A stretch of 64,000 nucleotides of DNA, from assembly GCA_011522725.1 (NCBI GenBank), contig WTIL01000081.1, forward strand, positions 2,259 through 66,258, given 5' to 3'. The DNA comes from Rhodospirillaceae bacterium. Its GTDB lineage: Bacteria; Pseudomonadota; Alphaproteobacteria; Puniceispirillales; Puniceispirillaceae. This document shows positions 20,080 to 30,094 of the stretch, piece by piece. The position numbers and the translations under genes are program-made. Positions within the stretch are counted from its first letter, which is position 1, and every line of letters starts with the position of its first letter. A model generated the notes under the pieces. That model saw only the letters and a program-made list of their open reading frames with translations, was not told the DNA's origin and made no database searches.

Positions 20080-21342
20080 GTGCGTCGCGTAGTTGTCACC
20101 GGTCTTGGAATGGTCACGCCGCTTGGTGTCGGCGTCGATCACAACTGGTCCCAGATCATTGCCGGCGAGACCGGTATCGGACGAATCACAGGCTTTGAGG
20201 TCGATGACCTCGCATGCCAGATTGCCGGGCAGGTGCCGGGTGCCGACCAGCCGGGCGGCCTCGATATGGATGCCTTCATCGAGCCGCGCGAACAGCGCAA
20301 GCAGGACCGTTTCATCCAGCTCGGCATTGTTGCCGCGCAGCTTGCTGTCGAGGACAGCGGCTGGAAGCCGGAAGACCGTGAATCGCAGAACCGCACCGGC
20401 GTGATGATCGGATCGGGCATCGGCGGTCTCGAAACCATCGTTCAGACAGACCAGCTGATGAACGAGCGCGGTCCGCGCCGGATCACCCCTTTCTTTATTC
20501 CGTCGGCGCTGATCAATCTCGTGTCCGGCCACGTATCGATCAAATACGGCTTCCGGGGGCCGAACCACGCGGTTGTCACGGCCTGTTCGACCGGTGCGCA
20601 CGCCATTGGCGATGCCGCACGGATGGTTGCCCTTGATGATGCCGACGTCATGGTTGCCGGCGGCGCCGAGGCCGCTGTCTGCCGCATTGGCATGGCCGGG
20701 TTCGCAGCCGCACGGGCCCTGTCGACCGGCTATAACGATGCGCCGGAAAAAGGCTCTCGCCCCTGGGATACGGGCCGTGACGGCTTTGTCATGGGCGAAG
20801 GCGCGGGTGTTGTCGTTCTTGAAGAGCTCGAGCATGCGCGCGCGCGCGGTGCGACCATCTATGGCGAGATCAAGGGCTATGGCATGTCGGGCGACGCCTA
20901 CCACATCACCGCGCCAGCCGAAGATGGCGATGGTGGGTTCCGCGCGATGGAAGCGGCGCTGAAGCGTGCCGGCCTCGCCGCCAGCGAGATCGACTATGTG
21001 AACGCGCATGGCACATCGACACCGCTTGGCGACCTGATCGAGGCTGGCGCGGTGCGCCGCCTGCTGGGCGATGCCGTGGGCAGCGTATCGATGTCCTCGA
21101 CAAAGAGCGCCACGGGCCATCTTCTCGGCGCGGCCGGTGCGATCGAGGCGATCTACTCGATCAAGGCCGTCCAGACAGGTGATCTGCCGCCGACGCTGAA
21201 CCTCGAGGATCCGGAGGAAGCGGTTGCCGACTTCGATCTCGTGCCGCTGAAGAGCCGCAAGCGTGAGGTACGCAACGCCATGTCGAACTCCTTCGGCTTT
21301 GGCGGCACCAACGCCTCGCTGATCATCGGACAGGTTACCTGA
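20080..21342 (+). CDS. fabF: 3-oxoacyl-ACP synthase II
   Basis: GTG start; VTACSTG, NAHGTST, GHLLGAAG, SNSFGFGGTN. Confidence 0.97.
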   Translation: MRRVVVTGLGMVTPLGVGVDHNWSQIIAGETGIGRITGFEVDDLACQIAGQVPGADQPGGLDMDAFIEPREQRKQDRFIQLGIVAAQLAVEDSGWKPEDRESQNRTGVMIGSGIGGLETIVQTDQLMNERGPRRITPFFIPSALINLVSGHVSIKYGFRGPNHAVVTACSTGAHAIGDAARMVALDDADVMVAGGAEAAVCRIGMAGFAAARALSTGYNDAPEKGSRPWDTGRDGFVMGEGAGVVVLEELEHARARGATIYGEIKGYGMSGDAYHITAPAEDGDGGFRAMEAALKRAGLAASEIDYVNAHGTSTPLGDLIEAGAVRRLLGDAVGSVSMSSTKSATGHLLGAAGAIEAIYSIKAVQTGDLPPTLNLEDPEEAVADFDLVPLKSRKREVRNAMSNSFGFGGTNASLIIGQVT

Positions 21343-22340
21343 TGCTCCGTGCTGCCGCCCGGTACATGATCCGGTCGGCGGTGCTGCTTGGCTTGCTGGC
21401 AGGTCTCGTGGCAGGGGGCTGGCTGGCGGTCGACCGACTGATCATCAAGTCCGCGGGACCGCACGCCGAAACTGCACTTGTCATTCTCTCGCCGGGCGAC
21501 GGCCACAGCACCATTCGCTGGACGCTGAAGCGTGCCGGGGTGATCCGCGAGCTCTATCACTATGACGCGGCGCGCATTCTTGCCGGAAAATCCTTTATCC
21601 CGAAGGAGGGCGAATATGAGATCCCGCCGGCAGCCAGCATCGAGCAGGTCATGGCGATCCTCCATGCCGGCCGCAGTCATCAGCGGCGGCTGACGATCAT
21701 CGAGGGGATGACCGCGGCCAAGGTCCTGGCGCAGCTTGCCGCCGACGAGAATTTTTCGGGCGATATCACCATGCAGGCGGCCGAAGGAAGTATTCTCCCT
21801 GAAACCTATTTCTATACCCGTGGCACGACGCGTGATGCCATGCTCACCAGAATGCAGGAGAAGCGCGAAATGCTGCTTCTCGATGCCTGGGTCGGCCGGG
21901 ACAAGGACCTTCCCTTCAAAACCCGCGAGGAAGCGCTGATTCTCGCCTCGATCGTCGAGCTCGAGACAGGCGACAGCGTCGACCGCCGCGAGGTTGCCGG
22001 CGTCTTCGTGAACAGGCTTCGGCGAGGCATGCGGCTGCAGTCCGACCCGACGGTGCTTTACGGTGTCGAAGGCGGCGAAGGACGTGTCATTCGCCGTTCC
22101 GACCTGAAGCGAGAGACCGAATGGAATACCTATGTGATCAAGGGATTGCCGAAAACGCCGATCTGCAATCCGAGCCGGGATTCAATCGACGCGGTCATGC
22201 ATCCGGCGAAGACAAAGAACCTGTATTTCGTATCGGACGGTCATGGCGGGTTGCGCTTTGCCAAGGAACTGGACGAACACAACAAGAATGTAAGACTATT
22301 CCGCAAGGTTCAGCGGGAGGCCGGGCAACGCGGAAGTTGA
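21342..22340 (+). CDS. mltG: Endolytic transglycosylase MltG
   Basis: N-terminal TM, EGSILPETY, LASIVELET, NRLRRGMRLQSDPTV, NTY.IKGLP..PICNP. Confidence 0.93.
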   Translation: MLRAAARYMIRSAVLLGLLAGLVAGGWLAVDRLIIKSAGPHAETALVILSPGDGHSTIRWTLKRAGVIRELYHYDAARILAGKSFIPKEGEYEIPPAASIEQVMAILHAGRSHQRRLTIIEGMTAAKVLAQLAADENFSGDITMQAAEGSILPETYFYTRGTTRDAMLTRMQEKREMLLLDAWVGRDKDLPFKTREEALILASIVELETGDSVDRREVAGVFVNRLRRGMRLQSDPTVLYGVEGGEGRVIRRSDLKRETEWNTYVIKGLPKTPICNPSRDSIDAVMHPAKTKNLYFVSDGHGGLRFAKELDEHNKNVRLFRKVQREAGQRGS

Positions 22341-22359
22341 CGGGCAAAGAGGTGATTTG

Positions 22360-23016
22360 ATGAGCAAACCGGACAAGATATCGAACGCCGTCGGGCGTCG
22401 TGGCCTGATGCTGGTCCTGTCCTCGCCTTCCGGCGCCGGAAAGACCTCGATTGCGCGCCGGCTCCTCGACGAGGATGACAATTTGACATTGTCGGTCTCC
22501 GCCACGACGCGCCCGCCGCGTGCGAACGAGGTGGACGGGCGCGACTACCATTTCGTTGATCAGGAACGATTCGACCGGATGGTCGCACAGGATGAGTTCC
22601 TCGAATATGCGACGGTCTTCAGCAATTCCTACGGCACCCCCAAGGCCGATGTGATGTCGGCTCTCGAGCGCGGCGAGGACGTGCTGTTCGATATCGACTG
22701 GCAGGGCACGCAGCAGGTGGCGAACGCCGCCCGCGCCGACCTTGTATCCGTCTTCATCCTTCCGCCGTCGCGTGAAGCGCTTCAGCAGCGGCTCGTATCA
22801 CGCGCGCAGGACAGCGCCGATGTCGTGGCCGAACGGATGGCCAAGGCATCGGACGAGATCAGCCATTACCGCGAATATGATTATATCGTCGTCAATGAGG
22901 ATCTCGACAGATCGGTTGAATCAGTTCGCGCCATCCTGTCGGCGGAACGGATGCGCCGCGACCGCCAGGTCGGCATGACCGGGTTCGTCCGCACGCTTCA
23001 GTCCGACGTGGAATAG
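22360..23016 (+). CDS. gmk: Guanylate kinase
   Basis: SSPSGAGKTS, SATTRPPR..EVDGRDYHF, DIDWQG. Confidence 0.97.
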   Translation: MSKPDKISNAVGRRGLMLVLSSPSGAGKTSIARRLLDEDDNLTLSVSATTRPPRANEVDGRDYHFVDQERFDRMVAQDEFLEYATVFSNSYGTPKADVMSALERGEDVLFDIDWQGTQQVANAARADLVSVFILPPSREALQQRLVSRAQDSADVVAERMAKASDEISHYREYDYIVVNEDLDRSVESVRAILSAERMRRDRQVGMTGFVRTLQSDVE

Positions 23017-23023
23017 GCCGCGT

Positions 23024-23863
23024 CTAGCCCAGTCCGCGCGCCAGTTTGCAGAAAGCCCCGATGTCGAGGTCCTGTGGACGGCATTGCGGATCAATGCCGG
23101 CGGCCTCCAGCATGGCCTCGCCGCCGATAGGCTTCAGCGAGACTCGCAGCATTTTGCGCCGCTGTCCGAAGGCGAGCCGGGTGACCTCTTCCAGCGCCTT
23201 GCGGTCGCATTCGAACCGGGGCGCCGCCAATGGCCTGATCTGTACGACGGAGGAGGTGACCTTTGGTGCCGGCACAAAGGCATCCGGCGGAATGTCGAAC
23301 AGGATGGCCGCGTCGGCAATCCAGCCGGTCAGGATGCTGAGCCGTCCATAGGCGCTGCTGCCCGGCTGTGCCGTGATCCGTTCCGCCACCTCGCGCTGGA
23401 ACATCAGTGTCATCGATTCAAACGCCTGCGCCTGGCCAAGCCACTGGATCAACAGCGTCGTGGCGATGTTGTAGGGCAGGTTGGCGACAATCCTTCGTGG
23501 TGCGCTTCCCATCTCCCACAGCGGCGTTTTCAGCGCATCTCCCTCGACCAACCGCAGCCGATCACCAGCCGCCGTCAGAAGTGAGTCGAGCACCGTCGCA
23601 GCCCGGAAATCCTTCTCCACGGCGATGACGTTCTCGGCACCCTCGAGAAGCAGCGCTCTTGTCAGGCCGCCGGGCCCCGGCCCGACTTCAATCGTCGTGC
23701 CATTCAGGCTGGCGGCACTGCGCGCGATCCGCCTTGTAAGGTTCAGGTCGAAGAGAAAGTTCTGGCCAAGAGATTTCCTGGCACGCATGTCGAGGCTCGC
23801 CACCAGATCCTTCAGCGGTGGCAGCGCTTCAATGGCGCTGTTGTCGAGGTGGTCCTCATCCAT
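23024..23863 (-). CDS. rsmA: 16S rRNA m6(2)A dimethyltransferase
   Basis: KSLGQNFL, EVGPGPGGLT, VANLPYNI, MFQREVAER. Confidence 0.96.
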   Translation of the reverse strand: MDEDHLDNSAIEALPPLKDLVASLDMRARKSLGQNFLFDLNLTRRIARSAASLNGTTIEVGPGPGGLTRALLLEGAENVIAVEKDFRAATVLDSLLTAAGDRLRLVEGDALKTPLWEMGSAPRRIVANLPYNIATTLLIQWLGQAQAFESMTLMFQREVAERITAQPGSSAYGRLSILTGWIADAAILFDIPPDAFVPAPKVTSSVVQIRPLAAPRFECDRKALEEVTRLAFGQRRKMLRVSLKPIGGEAMLEAAGIDPQCRPQDLDIGAFCKLARGLG

Positions 23864-24878
23864 CAGGGTGCCGCCGTGATGCCATCATGCGTGCCATGCG
23901 GATGGCGGCCATAAGGCTTTGCGGACGCGCCTTGCCAGTGCCGGCAATGTCGAATGCGGTACCGTGATCCGGAGAGGTGCGGATAAAATCGAGGCCAAGC
24001 GTGACATTTACGCCACCATCAAAATCTATTGTTTTCAATGGAATAAGGACCTGATCATGATACATGCCAATCGCAGCGTCATAGGTTTCGCGTGCTTCCG
24101 GGTGGAAGAGGGTATCTGCCGAAAGCGGCCCGAAAGCACCAATACCCTCATCTTTCAGAGCTTCTACCGCCGGTGCGATGACGCGTTGGTCCTCGTCACC
24201 AAACTGGCCGTTCTCACCGGCATGAGGGTTGAGGCCACACACCGCGATGCGGGGTGAGCCACAGCCGAAATATAGCTGAAGCGCCTCGTTCAGAAGCCGT
24301 CCTTTGGCCACGATATCTTCGGTTGTCAGCGCCGCCGGAACATCGCGAAGCGCGATATGCACGGTCGCCGGCACGACACGGAGCGATTCTCCTGCCAGCA
24401 TCATCAGCGGCGCGCCCGGACGCGCCGGCGCCAGCGATGCCAGGAATTCGGTATGGCCCGGATGGCTGAAACCGGCGTCCTTCAGAATCGCCTTGTTGAT
24501 CGGGTTGGTGACGATGGCGGCAGCGGTACCATCCTGTGCCATGGTTGCCGCTTTGCGGATGGAAGCGATGATGACCTCGGCATTCCTCGGATCACCTTTG
24601 CCGGCGACGGGTCTTTCTGCCCATTGCAGGGGCATGACCGGAAGAAACGCGTGATCGTGCGCCAGCGGTTCTGGTGCGTCCAGGCTCTTGATCCCGATGC
24701 TCAGGTCAAGAGCGGATGCGATCCCGGCAAGCCGGTCGGGGTCTTCCATCAGGATGAAACCGCGCATGCCGGCGGCAAATGCCATCAAGCTGATCTCGGC
24801 ACCGACACCGGCTGGGTCTCCCGGCGTCAGGATGACAGGTTGCAGCCCGTCACCATGTAGTGCCCCACCAGTCATCAC
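23856..24878 (-). CDS. pdxA: 4-hydroxythreonine-4-phosphate dehydrogenase
   Basis: GDPAGVG, HPGHTEFL, GLNPHAGE, MYHDQ, RTSPDHGTAFDIAG. Confidence 0.96.
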   Translation of the reverse strand: MMTGGALHGDGLQPVILTPGDPAGVGAEISLMAFAAGMRGFILMEDPDRLAGIASALDLSIGIKSLDAPEPLAHDHAFLPVMPLQWAERPVAGKGDPRNAEVIIASIRKAATMAQDGTAAAIVTNPINKAILKDAGFSHPGHTEFLASLAPARPGAPLMMLAGESLRVVPATVHIALRDVPAALTTEDIVAKGRLLNEALQLYFGCGSPRIAVCGLNPHAGENGQFGDEDQRVIAPAVEALKDEGIGAFGPLSADTLFHPEARETYDAAIGMYHDQVLIPLKTIDFDGGVNVTLGLDFIRTSPDHGTAFDIAGTGKARPQSLMAAIRMARMMASRRHPDG

Positions 24879-26140
24879 CCGTCGCGGCGTTCGATGATCG
24901 CCGTACGGCGCAGGCGTTGCAGCTGCCGTTCACCGAGGCTGCCGAAAATCTTGTCGATCAGGGACTGCTTGATTTCTTCGCGTGGCGGAAGCTGGAGCTT
25001 TGGCTCGAGAAGATCGCACACCATCATGGAGGCGACGCCTTCGGCAAAGCTCAGCGGCTCTGAAGGAACGCCGATTTCCAGCGAGGCTACAAGTTTCTGC
25101 ATCTGCGGGGCGAGGTCGCCAACCAGCATGTCATTGAGGCGCGATACGGTGCCTGACCCGTAGCTTGTATTCAATGCGTCGAGGCCGTCGCAGCCGGTGA
25201 TGTCCTCGGTGTCCCGTTCGATCCGCGCTCCGGCCTCGAGGCGGTCGGCATCGCTTGCGTCGGCGGCAAGCGGCAGGATCGCCCGGGCCAGCCAGACCCT
25301 CGACTGGGACGCATCGACAACACCTTCCTTGCGCTCGCCGCTCCTGCGCAAGATGTAAACCGCGCCGTCAAGAAGGACAGGCTCTGTCACGGCTCCGTTT
25401 TCGATGCTTTCCAGTGCATCGCGGAAGGTCTTTGGCAGCTTTTCGCTCATCGCCCAGCCGACATCGCCGCCTCGCGCCGAACTGCCGGATACCGAATACT
25501 GGCGTGCGATTTCCGTGAAACTCGCGCCTTTGCGGATGGCGGCCACCATTTCGCCGGCAAGCGCGCGTGTCTGCTCGATGTTGCGTGTCGGGCTCGGTGT
25601 CAGGACGATTTCGGCGAGCTTGATCTGGGGCTTGGATGCGTTCTGGCGCATCCGCTCGATTTCTTCATCGACACGTTCTTCGATGTTGGCGAACTTGTCC
25701 GAGAATTTCGCGCTGATGAAATTCGACCAGGCCAGGTCGCTTGTATATTTCTGCTGCACCGTCAGCGGGTCGATGCCGTCATTCATCAGGGCCCGGTTGC
25801 CTGACGTCGTTTCACTTCCAAAATTCTGATTGATGAAATCACGCGCCTGCGGCAGCACCACGGCCTCGATATCGGGCAACATGTCCTGTGCCGCCTCGAG
25901 GCGAAGTTTGTCGTCGATGATCAACTGCAGGGAATCCTCGTACAGCCGGTCCCTGTTCTGATCCGTGATCTCGATATTTGTGGCGTAGCCGAGGAAGAGC
26001 GCGCGCTGTTCAACGTCATAATTGGTGATCGGCTTGCCGTTCACTGTGGCGATAATGCTCACCCCGGCGTTGGCCGTTGTCTGCACAAACAGGGCCAAGA
26101 ATAGCAATATGGTTGCGGCGAATGGGATAGTGCGGGTCAT
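24875..26140 (-). CDS. surA: SurA-family periplasmic chaperone/PPIase
   Basis: Signal peptide, IATVNGKPITNYDV, parvulin-like FTEIARQYS..GGDVGW; upstream of pdxA. Confidence 0.85.
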   Translation of the reverse strand: MTRTIPFAATILLFLALFVQTTANAGVSIIATVNGKPITNYDVEQRALFLGYATNIEITDQNRDRLYEDSLQLIIDDKLRLEAAQDMLPDIEAVVLPQARDFINQNFGSETTSGNRALMNDGIDPLTVQQKYTSDLAWSNFISAKFSDKFANIEERVDEEIERMRQNASKPQIKLAEIVLTPSPTRNIEQTRALAGEMVAAIRKGASFTEIARQYSVSGSSARGGDVGWAMSEKLPKTFRDALESIENGAVTEPVLLDGAVYILRRSGERKEGVVDASQSRVWLARAILPLAADASDADRLEAGARIERDTEDITGCDGLDALNTSYGSGTVSRLNDMLVGDLAPQMQKLVASLEIGVPSEPLSFAEGVASMMVCDLLEPKLQLPPREEIKQSLIDKIFGSLGERQLQRLRRTAIIERRDG

Positions 26141-26152
26141 GCGCTCATGCTT

Positions 26153-27259
26153 TCAGGCTTCGTCCATGCGGGCCAGAAGAATGGCACCGACAAGAATTAC
26201 AATAAAGGCCGGTGCCCACGCGGCAACCAGCGTCGGAAGGCGCAGGGTCGTGCCAAGGACCTGCATAAAGTGTGTGAACAGAAAAATGGATACGGCGATG
26301 ATCGTACCACGGGTGAACAGCATGACCCGCCTGCCGCGGGTCATGTTGGTCAGGGTTGCCTTGGCCCCAAGCATGGCGATCCCGATCAGCAGAAAGGGCA
26401 GGGACAGCAATTTGTGAAAATGCATGCGATGCTCGATCGTCGGAAGTCCGGCCCGTTCAAGCAGTTCGATGAACCCGGGAAGAGAGAAAAACGCGATGGT
26501 GTTTGGCGGCTCGCTGGAAAGGCCGAGGTCAAGTGCGTCCAGACCTGTCGGCAGCATGATAGAGCCTTCATCACGGCGTGAACCGTCATTCTGCCAGATT
26601 GTCGCGTTGCTGATCACCCAACCGCCATCGGTCAGTTCCATGTTGTTGGCCCTGATCCGCTGCTGCAGGCCGCCTTCGGCATCGAACCTGTAGACAATCG
26701 GATTGATGATCTGCGCGACGCTGACATCAAGCATGTCACCATGGATGATGAATTGACCCTCGGCATGCGTGTCTCTCAGCCAGATGCCATCAGTGGACAC
26801 CGACAGCTTTTGCTGCTTGTTTCCGAAAACTTCGTTCATCTTGCTTTCATATTCACGCGATGTGAGCGATCCGATCGGATTGACAAAGATGACAAACAGA
26901 ACGCCGACCAGCCCGGCGGCGACAAGGGAAGGACTCAGAATCGACCATATCGAGCGGCCAAAGCCCCTGCAGACAACAAATTCGTTGGACCGGTTCATCG
27001 TCTCGAAGCAGAACATTGAACCGGCGATCATGGCTATGGGAAGTGTCAACTCGATCACGGCCGGAATGTTCAGCATTGACATGGTGACAACGTTGAAGCT
27101 GTCGCCATCCTGAAGTTTCGTGCTGACGCGCCTTGCCAGTTCTATCGCCTGGATCAGGGTTACCGTCGCCGTTAGCCCGATGATGCTGGCCAGCACCCAG
27201 TTCAGATATCGAAAGCCGAAATATCTGAACAATATGCCAAAATTTGCTGCCCCGTTCAT
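26153..27259 (-). CDS. lptG: LPS export ABC permease LptG
   Basis: RSNEFVVCRGFGRS, GIWLRD periplasmic domain, AAWAP end; ATGA overlap with lptF stop. Confidence 0.85.
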   Translation of the reverse strand: MNGAANFGILFRYFGFRYLNWVLASIIGLTATVTLIQAIELARRVSTKLQDGDSFNVVTMSMLNIPAVIELTLPIAMIAGSMFCFETMNRSNEFVVCRGFGRSIWSILSPSLVAAGLVGVLFVIFVNPIGSLTSREYESKMNEVFGNKQQKLSVSTDGIWLRDTHAEGQFIIHGDMLDVSVAQIINPIVYRFDAEGGLQQRIRANNMELTDGGWVISNATIWQNDGSRRDEGSIMLPTGLDALDLGLSSEPPNTIAFFSLPGFIELLERAGLPTIEHRMHFHKLLSLPFLLIGIAMLGAKATLTNMTRGRRVMLFTRGTIIAVSIFLFTHFMQVLGTTLRLPTLVAAWAPAFIVILVGAILLARMDEA

Positions 27260-28380
27260 CGCGGCGCCCCCTCTGGTGCGGCCAATCTCGCTGCTGGCTG
27301 CGCAATGGACTGCCATCCCAGAAGTGTCAGGAGGCCGGCCGCAGGAACAAGCATGCTGAGATAGATCAACGGGATCATCAAGGGTGACGTCGTGGCAAGT
27401 GATCTTGCAGAGACAATTGCCGAAATACAGAGGATGCCCACGGCAATCGTGGCAATCGTGCGTCGTGACCAGTTGCTCCGGCGTATCTGGCCATGCAACA
27501 CGCCAGTACTTGCAATCATGATCAGGGCAAAGGCAAGAAAGGGCGAGGCTATCCGATAATGGCCTTCGGCGACACGCTGATTGACATAGACGGCTTGTGG
27601 CGAGGCATCCGGATTGAGCAGGTTTGAAATCCTGTCCTCGTTCATCTCGATCGGCATCCGGGTCGACTGCTTCCGGTCACGCGGCGTGATCGAGACCGTG
27701 TGGGTGTCGAACATGAGTGTTGCGCCCGACTGCTTGTCCTGCGAAAGCTCGAACCGATGGCCGTCGTTCAGGATAACGGCAGGCTTGCCGTCTTTTTCGA
27801 TAAAGCGGCCCGCCTTTGCGGTCATGGTTACGATGACCCCGTCGGTCTTCTCGTCGTGGATGAACACGTTCTCGGCGTGGCCATCCTTGTATTTCTTGCC
27901 GATCAGCATGGTCATGCCGTCGACAACGTCGATGAAGACGTTGTCCTGGAGCATGACTGTCGGAATGGTATTGCGCAGCTTGAACTGCACTTCCTTGTAG
28001 ACACCGAAACTGAGCGGCAGCAGAAAGACCGAATTGATCACCAGGAATGTGGTGAAAAGCACCCCCAGCGCGATTGGCGCGCGGGCGAGCTGGATAGCGC
28101 TTCGGCCGCTGGCCTGCGCGACGAGCAATTCCCTGTCTACCAGTGCCCGGTGAAACACCCACATGACGGCGACAAACACGCTGATCGGTATCGCGATGGT
28201 CAGCCACAGCGGAATGACCGTGACCGACATCAGCAGGAAATCCGTCATCGGTGCCCCGCGGTTGATCACCAGTTCAAGAATGCGGATGGTCTGGAACAGC
28301 CACATGATCCCGACAAGCGTCAGCATCACCGCGAAGGAAGTTCGCAGCATCTGTCTGAAGATGTACCGGTCAAACTGCAT
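27256..28380 (-). CDS. lptF: LPS export ABC permease LptF
   Basis: DRYIFRQM, WLFQTIRILEL, DRELLVAQASGRS; divergent from pepA as usual. Confidence 0.87.
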   Translation of the reverse strand: MQFDRYIFRQMLRTSFAVMLTLVGIMWLFQTIRILELVINRGAPMTDFLLMSVTVIPLWLTIAIPISVFVAVMWVFHRALVDRELLVAQASGRSAIQLARAPIALGVLFTTFLVINSVFLLPLSFGVYKEVQFKLRNTIPTVMLQDNVFIDVVDGMTMLIGKKYKDGHAENVFIHDEKTDGVIVTMTAKAGRFIEKDGKPAVILNDGHRFELSQDKQSGATLMFDTHTVSITPRDRKQSTRMPIEMNEDRISNLLNPDASPQAVYVNQRVAEGHYRIASPFLAFALIMIASTGVLHGQIRRSNWSRRTIATIAVGILCISAIVSARSLATTSPLMIPLIYLSMLVPAAGLLTLLGWQSIAQPAARLAAPEGAPR

Positions 28381-28601
28381 GTCAGGCCCTTGTAGATCTG
28401 CCGGCATGATTACCATATGGAAATCAACAATAGCAAAAGCTAAGGCATTGCTGCGGCTTATTTTAGCCAGCTTTATGGCGATGGCGGGTTTGTGGGAAAG
28501 CGGCGCGGTGCGCGCCGGTTTGACAGCAAAGGGACAAACCTGTTTTAACCGGCTCCGAAATCGCGCAACGCCTTGTGGGCACTTTCACACAGGATATGGA
28601 C

Positions 28602-30077
28602 ATGGCATCGAAACTTGACCTGACTTTCTCCAAGACAGCACCGGAGGGCGATCACGCCGTCATTTGCCTTGTTGGCGCGAAAGGAAAGCTGTTTCCCGAA
28701 CTGGAGAAGTCGTTTGCGGCTGCTGTGATAGCAGCCATGGCAACGGCGCAATTCACCGGTGATTCAGGCAAGTCGCTGACGCTGTATATCGGTGACCGGA
28801 CGGTGGTGCTGATCGGTGTTGGCGAATCCGTCGCGCCCGGTGCCGAGGCGGAAGCTGTCGGCGGCCGCATCATGTCGGCTGTCGGCGCCCTGCAGTCCAA
28901 GCGGGGTTATCTTCCGGACCAGGGCGTTGCTGACGAACTGCTGGCCGATGTCGTCATGGGAATGACGTCCTCGGCCTATCATTTCGAGCGCTATTTTACC
29001 GAGGCGAGCAGCAATGAAGCGTCGGTCCAGATCGTCGTCGTATCCGACAAGGTTGATGCATCCCATCCGGCGATGGCAGACCGTGCCGCACTGATGGCCG
29101 GCGTCGAAATGGCGCGCGATCTGGCCTTTGAGCCTGCGAACAAGCTGTATCCCGCTGAATTTGCCGAACGCTGCGAGGGGCTGGCGGAGCTTGGCCTTGA
29201 AGTCACCGTGCTGGATGATGCCGCCATGGCGGAGCTCGGCATGCATGCGCTGCTCGGCGTAGGGCAGGGGAGCGCGCGTGAATCGCGAATGGTTGTGATG
29301 AACTGGCGGGGCGGCGGCGACGAGGCGCCGGTTGCCCTTGTCGGCAAGGGCGTCACCTTTGACAGCGGCGGCATCTCGCTGAAGCCCGGCAAGGGCATGG
29401 AAGACATGAAATGGGATATGGGCGGTGCCGGCGCGGTCACCGGCGCCATGAAGGCCATCGCCGGCCGCGGGCTCAAGCGCAACGTTGTCGGCCTGATCGG
29501 CCTGGTCGAGAACATGCCGGACGGCAACGCCCAGCGGCCGAGCGACGTGGTTACATCCATGTCCGGAAAGACCATCGAGATCATCAACACCGATGCCGAG
29601 GGCCGGCTTGTTCTTGCCGACGTGCTCCACTATTGCGAGTCGAAGTTCAAGCCGCAGGCGATTGTCGACCTTGCCACGCTCACCGGCGCCATGATTGTCG
29701 CGCTCGGCAAGGAATATGCCGGCATGTTTTCCAACAGCGACGGTCTTTCGGACCAGCTTTCCGCCGCCGGCACGGCGACGGTCGAACCTGTCTGGCGGAT
29801 GCCGCTTGGCAAGGCCTATCACCAGCAGCTGAAATCGCATATTGCCGACGTCAAGCATATCGGCGGTCCGGCAGGCGGATCGATCACGGCGGCCTGTTTC
29901 CTCGAGCGGTTCGTGAATGATACGCCCTGGGCGCATCTCGATATCGCCGGCAAGGCCTGGTCCGACAAATCGACGGCCACCGTGCCGAAGGGTGGCACCG
30001 GCTATGGTGTACGGCTGCTCAACAAGCTGATCGACGACTGGCAGCCGGTGAAGCTCGACCATCCTCGTGAAAGCTGA
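28602..30077 (+). CDS. pepA: Leucyl aminopeptidase (M17)
   Basis: VGKGVTFDSGG, MKWDMGGA, NTDAEGRLVLAD, DLATLTGA. Confidence 0.96.
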   Translation: MASKLDLTFSKTAPEGDHAVICLVGAKGKLFPELEKSFAAAVIAAMATAQFTGDSGKSLTLYIGDRTVVLIGVGESVAPGAEAEAVGGRIMSAVGALQSKRGYLPDQGVADELLADVVMGMTSSAYHFERYFTEASSNEASVQIVVVSDKVDASHPAMADRAALMAGVEMARDLAFEPANKLYPAEFAERCEGLAELGLEVTVLDDAAMAELGMHALLGVGQGSARESRMVVMNWRGGGDEAPVALVGKGVTFDSGGISLKPGKGMEDMKWDMGGAGAVTGAMKAIAGRGLKRNVVGLIGLVENMPDGNAQRPSDVVTSMSGKTIEIINTDAEGRLVLADVLHYCESKFKPQAIVDLATLTGAMIVALGKEYAGMFSNSDGLSDQLSAAGTATVEPVWRMPLGKAYHQQLKSHIADVKHIGGPAGGSITAACFLERFVNDTPWAHLDIAGKAWSDKSTATVPKGGTGYGVRLLNKLIDDWQPVKLDHPRES

Positions 30078-30094
30078 TCGTCTGAAAGGTCGTC

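Noticed and set aside
28520-28550. Perfect TTGACA upstream of pepA
   Set aside because: No convincing -10 element at 16-18 nt spacing, so not called as a promoter
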